Assembly: GCA_034722055.1 (NCBI GenBank)
Contig: JAYENL010000295.1
Span: 1 to 19,403 of the forward strand
From: Armatimonadota bacterium
GTDB taxonomy: Bacteria > Armatimonadota > Zipacnadia > Zipacnadales > UBA5352
Direction of reading: 5' to 3'
Length of the DNA stretch: 19,403 bases
Shown here one piece after another: positions 15,494 to 19,403 of the stretch. How positions within the stretch are numbered: position 1 is the stretch's first letter; each line of letters starts with the position of its first letter. Made by a program: the position numbers and the translations under genes. A model generated the notes under the pieces. That model saw only the letters and a list, made by a program, of their open reading frames with translations, was not told where the DNA came from and made no database searches.

Positions 15494-16494
15494 TGGCCCC
15501 CGGTCGGCACGAGGGCATGCTGTTCACCGCCGCGGCCGTCGTGCTGGCCGCGCTGCTCGGCGGCTGCGAGGCCCGCGAGCAGATCGCGCGCGATACGGTG
15601 GCCGTGAAGGCAGCGGACACGGCTGCGGAGATCGAGGCCGGACAGGCCGCCCAGAAGTGGGTGGCCTGGCGCCAGGTGGGGAGGATCGACACCGGCCTGT
15701 CGAAGCCGCGGGCCATCGCCGTGGGCACGGACGGGAACATCTATGCGGGAGGCGAGGGCGCCATCCGCTGCTTCAGTCCCGAGGGCGAGGTGCAGTGGGA
15801 GCTTCCGGTTGACGGGGAGGTGTGGGCGCTGGAGGTGGCGGACGCGGGGACCATGTTCGTGGCCTACATCGAGAGCGTGGCCGTCCTCGACCCCTCCGGA
15901 CGGGAGCACCTGAGAATCACGCCGCAGGATCGCAGGACGTGGATCACGTCGCTGGCGGTCAGTGATCATGCTATTTTCGTCGCAGACGCTGGGGCGCGGA
16001 AGGTCTGGCGCTACGACCGGCAGGGAACTCCCACGGGCGAGATCGGGAGCGAGGACCCCCAGCGCGGCATCCCGTCACTGGCCACCCCCAGCCCGCACCT
16101 GGACATCGCGCTCTCCGGGGACGCCATCCTCGTCGCCAACCCGGGGCGACACTCCGTGCAGCGTCACGCAGTGGCGGACGGCGCGCTGCTGGGACGCTGG
16201 GGGGACTACGGCCCGGACGTTGAGGGCTTCAGCGGCTGCTGCAATCCCACGGACCTGGCCGTTCTGCCGGACGGCCGGGTGGTGACCAGCGAGAAGGGCA
16301 GCCCGCGCGTGAAGCTCTACTCGCCCGACGGCGAGCTGCTCTCGGTGGTGGCGCCGCCGTCGGAGTTCCGGGACGACACCGCGGGCATCGACCTGGCGGC
16401 GGACTCGTCGGGGCGAGTCCTGACGCTTGACCCGGTGCGCGGGGAGATCCGCATCTACGAGGAGATCGCGGGGTCGGAGGAGGAGACGGGATGA
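15493..16494 (+). CDS. NHL-repeat/6-bladed beta-propeller lipoprotein with a vicinal Cys-Cys motif
   Basis: ATG 15493 (TGATG overlap; alternative 15517). Lipobox LLGG-C; PRAIAVGTDGNIY, IFVADAG.RKV, VANPGRH, FSGCCNPTDLAVLPDGRVVTSEKG. Confidence 0.8.
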   Translation: MAPGRHEGMLFTAAAVVLAALLGGCEAREQIARDTVAVKAADTAAEIEAGQAAQKWVAWRQVGRIDTGLSKPRAIAVGTDGNIYAGGEGAIRCFSPEGEVQWELPVDGEVWALEVADAGTMFVAYIESVAVLDPSGREHLRITPQDRRTWITSLAVSDHAIFVADAGARKVWRYDRQGTPTGEIGSEDPQRGIPSLATPSPHLDIALSGDAILVANPGRHSVQRHAVADGALLGRWGDYGPDVEGFSGCCNPTDLAVLPDGRVVTSEKGSPRVKLYSPDGELLSVVAPPSEFRDDTAGIDLAADSSGRVLTLDPVRGEIRIYEEIAGSEEETG

Positions 16495-16733
16495 AGAGCG
16501 CTCGACGGGAGTTCCTCAGGAGTATCCTGCGAGGCGGGGTGGGCGCGCTGCTGGTGGGGGGCACTGGGTGGCTGGCGCTGCGCTCCGGCGAGCCCTGCTG
16601 GTCGGATGGCGGCTGCCGACGGTGCCCGGAGCTGCGGGGCTGCGAGCTGCCTGAGGCGCGCATCGCACGCATGCAGCGGGGCATCCCGGAACCGGCTGAC
16701 CAGCCCCCGACCGGCGAGGGGCCCGCGAGCTGA
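16491..16733 (+). CDS. Small protein with a twin-arginine-like N-terminus/TM segment and four Cys
   Basis: 80 aa: SARREFLR, a hydrophobic helix, then C-x5-C-x2-C-x5-C. ATGA overlap with the upstream stop and GAGGAG RBS. Confidence 0.75.
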   Translation: MKSARREFLRSILRGGVGALLVGGTGWLALRSGEPCWSDGGCRRCPELRGCELPEARIARMQRGIPEPADQPPTGEGPAS

Positions 16734-16738
16734 GCCCA

Positions 16739-17545
16739 ATGGCTGATGAGCGAGACGAGCGGATGAACAGGCGGAAGTTCCTGACCGAGGCCGCGCGCCT
16801 GCTCGGGATCGCGGGCGCCGCCGGCACGCTCGGCGGCGTGGCCATGGCCGGTCAACGGGACAATATGGTGTGGCAGATCGACCCGGAGAAGTGCATCGCC
16901 TGCGGCAACTGCGCCACGGCCTGTGTGCTGACGCCCTCGGCTGCCAAGTGCGTGCACGATGTGGCCCTCTGCGGCTTCTGCGACCTGTGCTTCGGGTTCT
17001 TCGCCGAGCAGCGGCCCGGCGATACTGAGGCCCCTGAGAACCAGCGCTGCCCTACCGGCGCCATCATCCGCAACTTCGTCGAGGAGCCCTACTACGAGTA
17101 CATTATCGACGAGCCCAAGTGCATCGGCTGCGCCACGTGCGTGGAGGGCTGCATGCAGTACGGCAACGGCTCGCTGATCATGCAGGTGCGCCACGACCGC
17201 TGCGTCAACTGCAACGAGTGCGCCATCGCCGCACAGTGCCCGGCGGACGCCTTCGTGCGCGTCCCGGCCGATGAGCCCTACCTGCTCAAGAGCGAGAAGC
17301 TCGAGAAACAGGCGGAGGAGGCCGAGGAGGAGCCGGCTGCGTCTCCCCGCCCACCGGAGCCATCGCCCCAGCAGCCAACCTCAGAGGGGCCGCCCGAGAT
17401 GCCCCGGGAGGCGGCGGGCACACCGGAGGCCGCGCAGCCCCCGGAGGTGGAGCCGGACGCTCCCCAGCCGCCGGCGCCGCAGCCCGAGCCGGCTCCGGAG
17501 GAGGCGGACTCCCTGGAGGAGCTTATCGGCGGGGATCTGCGATGA
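16739..17545 (+). CDS. Tat-signal polyferredoxin (multi 4Fe-4S) with a Pro/Glu-rich tail
   Basis: NRRKFL Tat motif; CIACGNCATAC, CGFCDLC...CPTGAI, CIGCATCVEGC, CVNCNEC....CPADAF; disordered P/E tail. Start is 16739 or the downstream in-frame ATG at 16763. Confidence 0.88.
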   Translation: MADERDERMNRRKFLTEAARLLGIAGAAGTLGGVAMAGQRDNMVWQIDPEKCIACGNCATACVLTPSAAKCVHDVALCGFCDLCFGFFAEQRPGDTEAPENQRCPTGAIIRNFVEEPYYEYIIDEPKCIGCATCVEGCMQYGNGSLIMQVRHDRCVNCNECAIAAQCPADAFVRVPADEPYLLKSEKLEKQAEEAEEEPAASPRPPEPSPQQPTSEGPPEMPREAAGTPEAAQPPEVEPDAPQPPAPQPEPAPEEADSLEELIGGDLR

Positions 17546-18843
17546 CGCGCCGCGCCATCGCCCTTGCCGTCATCGTGGCCCTGCTCGTCCCCGCGCTGGT
17601 GCTGGCGGCGGAGCGCTTCCCACCGCCCGAGTTCAGCTTCGACTACCAGTTCCCGGACGTTCGCACGCCGCGGCCGCGGCCTCCCATCTTCGAGTGGATC
17701 GATGTGGCCGTGCTGGCGGCGGCGCTGGGGCTGGCGGCCTGGCTGGCGCTGAGGCGCCGCTCGCGCCGGGAGCTGTTCGTGCTGGCGGTCTTCGGACTGC
17801 TCTACTTTGGCTTCTATCGCCAGGGCTGCGTCTGCGCCATCGGGGCGATCCAGAACCTGGCGCTGGCCCTGGGCACCGACTACGTGCTGCCCATCAGCGT
17901 GGGCGCCTTCCTGCTGCTGCCGCTGCTGTTCGCGCTGGTCTTCGGGCGCGTCTTCTGCGCCGGCGTCTGCCCGCTGGGCGCAGTTCAGGAGATCGTGCTG
18001 CTGAGGCCGGTGCGCGTGCCCGTGTGGCTGGAGCGGTCCCTGGGGCTGTTCCCCTTCATTTACCTGGGCTTCGCGGTGCTCTTCGCGTGGACGGACACCG
18101 GCTTCCTCATCTGCCGCTACGACCCGTACATTGCGTTCTTCCGCCTCGGCGGGCTGACCCACATCGTCATCGCCAGCGTGGCGCTGCTGGTGGTGGCGGT
18201 GTTCATCGGCCGGCCCTACTGCCGCTTCGTCTGCCCCCTGGCGGCCCTGTTCCGGCTGGTGGCGCCGCTGTCGGTGTGGCACGTGCGGCTCGGTGGCGAG
18301 GAGTGCATCAACTGCCACCTGTGCGCCGACGCCTGTCCCTACAACGCCATCCGGCCGCCGACTGCCGAGGAGCGCTCGCATCCGCCCTCGACGGGCCGTT
18401 GGACGCTGGCCGCGATCCTCGTCGCCCTCCCGCTGCTTATCGCCGGTGGCGCATGGCTGGGCCACGGGGCCAGCGACTACCTCGCGGGCTACAACTCCAG
18501 GGTGGCGCTGGCCGCCCGCGTCTACGCCGAGCAGCAGGAGGAGGTAGAGGGCACCACAGAGGAGTCCGAAGCGTTCTATGCACAGGGCAAGGAGGTGACA
18601 GGACTCTATCAGGAGGCCGCCGAAATCAGGAGCAGGTTCGAGGTGGGGAGCGCCGTGCTGGGCGCCTGGATCGGGCTGGTAATCGGCGCCCGACTTGTGG
18701 CCGTGTCCCTGCGACGAACGCGAGAGCACTATGAGGTCGATCCGGCCGCGTGCGTCTCCTGCGGGCGGTGCTTCTCATCGTGCCCCATCGAGAAGGCGCG
18801 CAGGAGCGGCAGACCATTGCAGGCGGCTGAGAGCACACAATGA
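17542..18843 (+). CDS. Integral-membrane 4Fe-4S protein of the NapH/MauN/NosR/RdxA type
   Basis: 433 aa with several TM helices; GCVCAIG, GRVFCAGVCPLG and RPYCRFVCPL (two CxxxCP motifs); ferredoxin motifs CINCHLCADACP and CVSCGRCFSSCP. ATGA overlap. Confidence 0.88.
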   Translation: MTRRAIALAVIVALLVPALVLAAERFPPPEFSFDYQFPDVRTPRPRPPIFEWIDVAVLAAALGLAAWLALRRRSRRELFVLAVFGLLYFGFYRQGCVCAIGAIQNLALALGTDYVLPISVGAFLLLPLLFALVFGRVFCAGVCPLGAVQEIVLLRPVRVPVWLERSLGLFPFIYLGFAVLFAWTDTGFLICRYDPYIAFFRLGGLTHIVIASVALLVVAVFIGRPYCRFVCPLAALFRLVAPLSVWHVRLGGEECINCHLCADACPYNAIRPPTAEERSHPPSTGRWTLAAILVALPLLIAGGAWLGHGASDYLAGYNSRVALAARVYAEQQEEVEGTTEESEAFYAQGKEVTGLYQEAAEIRSRFEVGSAVLGAWIGLVIGARLVAVSLRRTREHYEVDPAACVSCGRCFSSCPIEKARRSGRPLQAAESTQ

Positions 18844-19403
18844 GCCACGACGCCATGGCGGGCGAAAGCCAGCAGGTTCGTGCAGATGAGGAGCGGGGCG
18901 AGGAGCGCCGGCCGCAGGATCTGCGCTACCTCATCGCCACCCGGGTGGCGATCGTGGCGGGGGTCTTCTGCGCCATCGTCTTCGCCCTCATGCTGGCGAA
19001 CCTCATCCGCGCTCGCAGCGCCGATCCCACCGCCCCCGCCAGGATCGAGCAGCTCAAGGCCAAGGCGAATCGGGATGGCTGGACCCCGGAGCTCAGGGAG
19101 CAGTTCAGCACCCTCGACCAGCAGCTTCGCCGGGAGTACTTCAGGAGCCGACGCTTCGCCATCCAGGGCATCTTCATGCTGCTGGGCGGCGTAGTGGTGC
19201 TGCTGATCTCCCTGCAGTTCGCGGCCCAGTGGGCCGATGAGGGTCCCTTTCCCGACGCCAGCTCGGTGGAACAGCCCATCCTGGCCTCGGCGGTGAATCG
19301 CCGGGCGGTCGTGGCCATGGGGCTGCTGATGGGCGGGCTGCTCGCGGCCCTCGCGGTGCTGGCGCGCCATGATGCTGTCGCGGCGTACGCCAGGCAGGCA
19401 GAG
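18840..19403 (+). CDS. Membrane protein, N-terminal part, running off the window end (possibly the anchor of another PQQ-like propeller)
   Basis: ATG 18840 overlaps the upstream TGA (ATGA). The frame is open for 188 codons to the window end: MSHDAMAGES...VAIVAGVFCAIVFALMLANL...FMLLGGVVVLLISL...VVAMGLLMGGLLAALAVLA (three hydrophobic helices). Missing from the ORF track because there is no stop in the window. Confidence 0.85.
   Translation, partial: MSHDAMAGESQQVRADEERGEERRPQDLRYLIATRVAIVAGVFCAIVFALMLANLIRARSADPTAPARIEQLKAKANRDGWTPELREQFSTLDQQLRREYFRSRRFAIQGIFMLLGGVVVLLISLQFAAQWADEGPFPDASSVEQPILASAVNRRAVVAMGLLMGGLLAALAVLARHDAVAAYARQAE

Noticed and set aside
17290..17545. Pro/Glu-rich quasi-repeats in the ferredoxin tail
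   Set aside because: It is a low-complexity linker with no exact tandem nucleotide repeat.
17271..18734. 487-aa plus-strand and 483-aa minus-strand ORFs over the membrane ferredoxin
   Set aside because: They are frame/antisense shadows without motifs.

Overview
GC-rich bacterial DNA (roughly 70% GC by eye) in three parts. (1) 1-2950: the 3' end of a membrane-protein gene, a MATE-family transporter and two tandem, near-identical cold-shock (CSD) genes, each with its own sigma70-type promoter and downstream hairpin. (2) About 2950-3580: a non-coding gap between convergent genes containing a dense, nested inverted-repeat element. (3) 3581-19403: two divergent, mostly translationally coupled operons. 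The minus-strand operon looks like isoprenoid biosynthesis and tailoring: ferredoxin, B12/radical SAM enzyme, squalene-hopene-cyclase-like class II cyclase, PQQ-like beta-propeller, DUF116-polyprenyl synthase fusion, prenyltransferase-beta-like barrel and a GT4 glycosyltransferase. The plus-strand operon looks like a membrane/periplasmic Fe-S module: PQQ-like propeller, NHL-like lipoprotein, small Tat/Cys protein, Tat polyferredoxin, NapH/NosR-like membrane ferredoxin and a truncated membrane protein absent from the ORF track. The best candidate for an undescribed system is this terpenoid operon plus redox operon pair. All family calls come from motif recognition only; no database searches were run.
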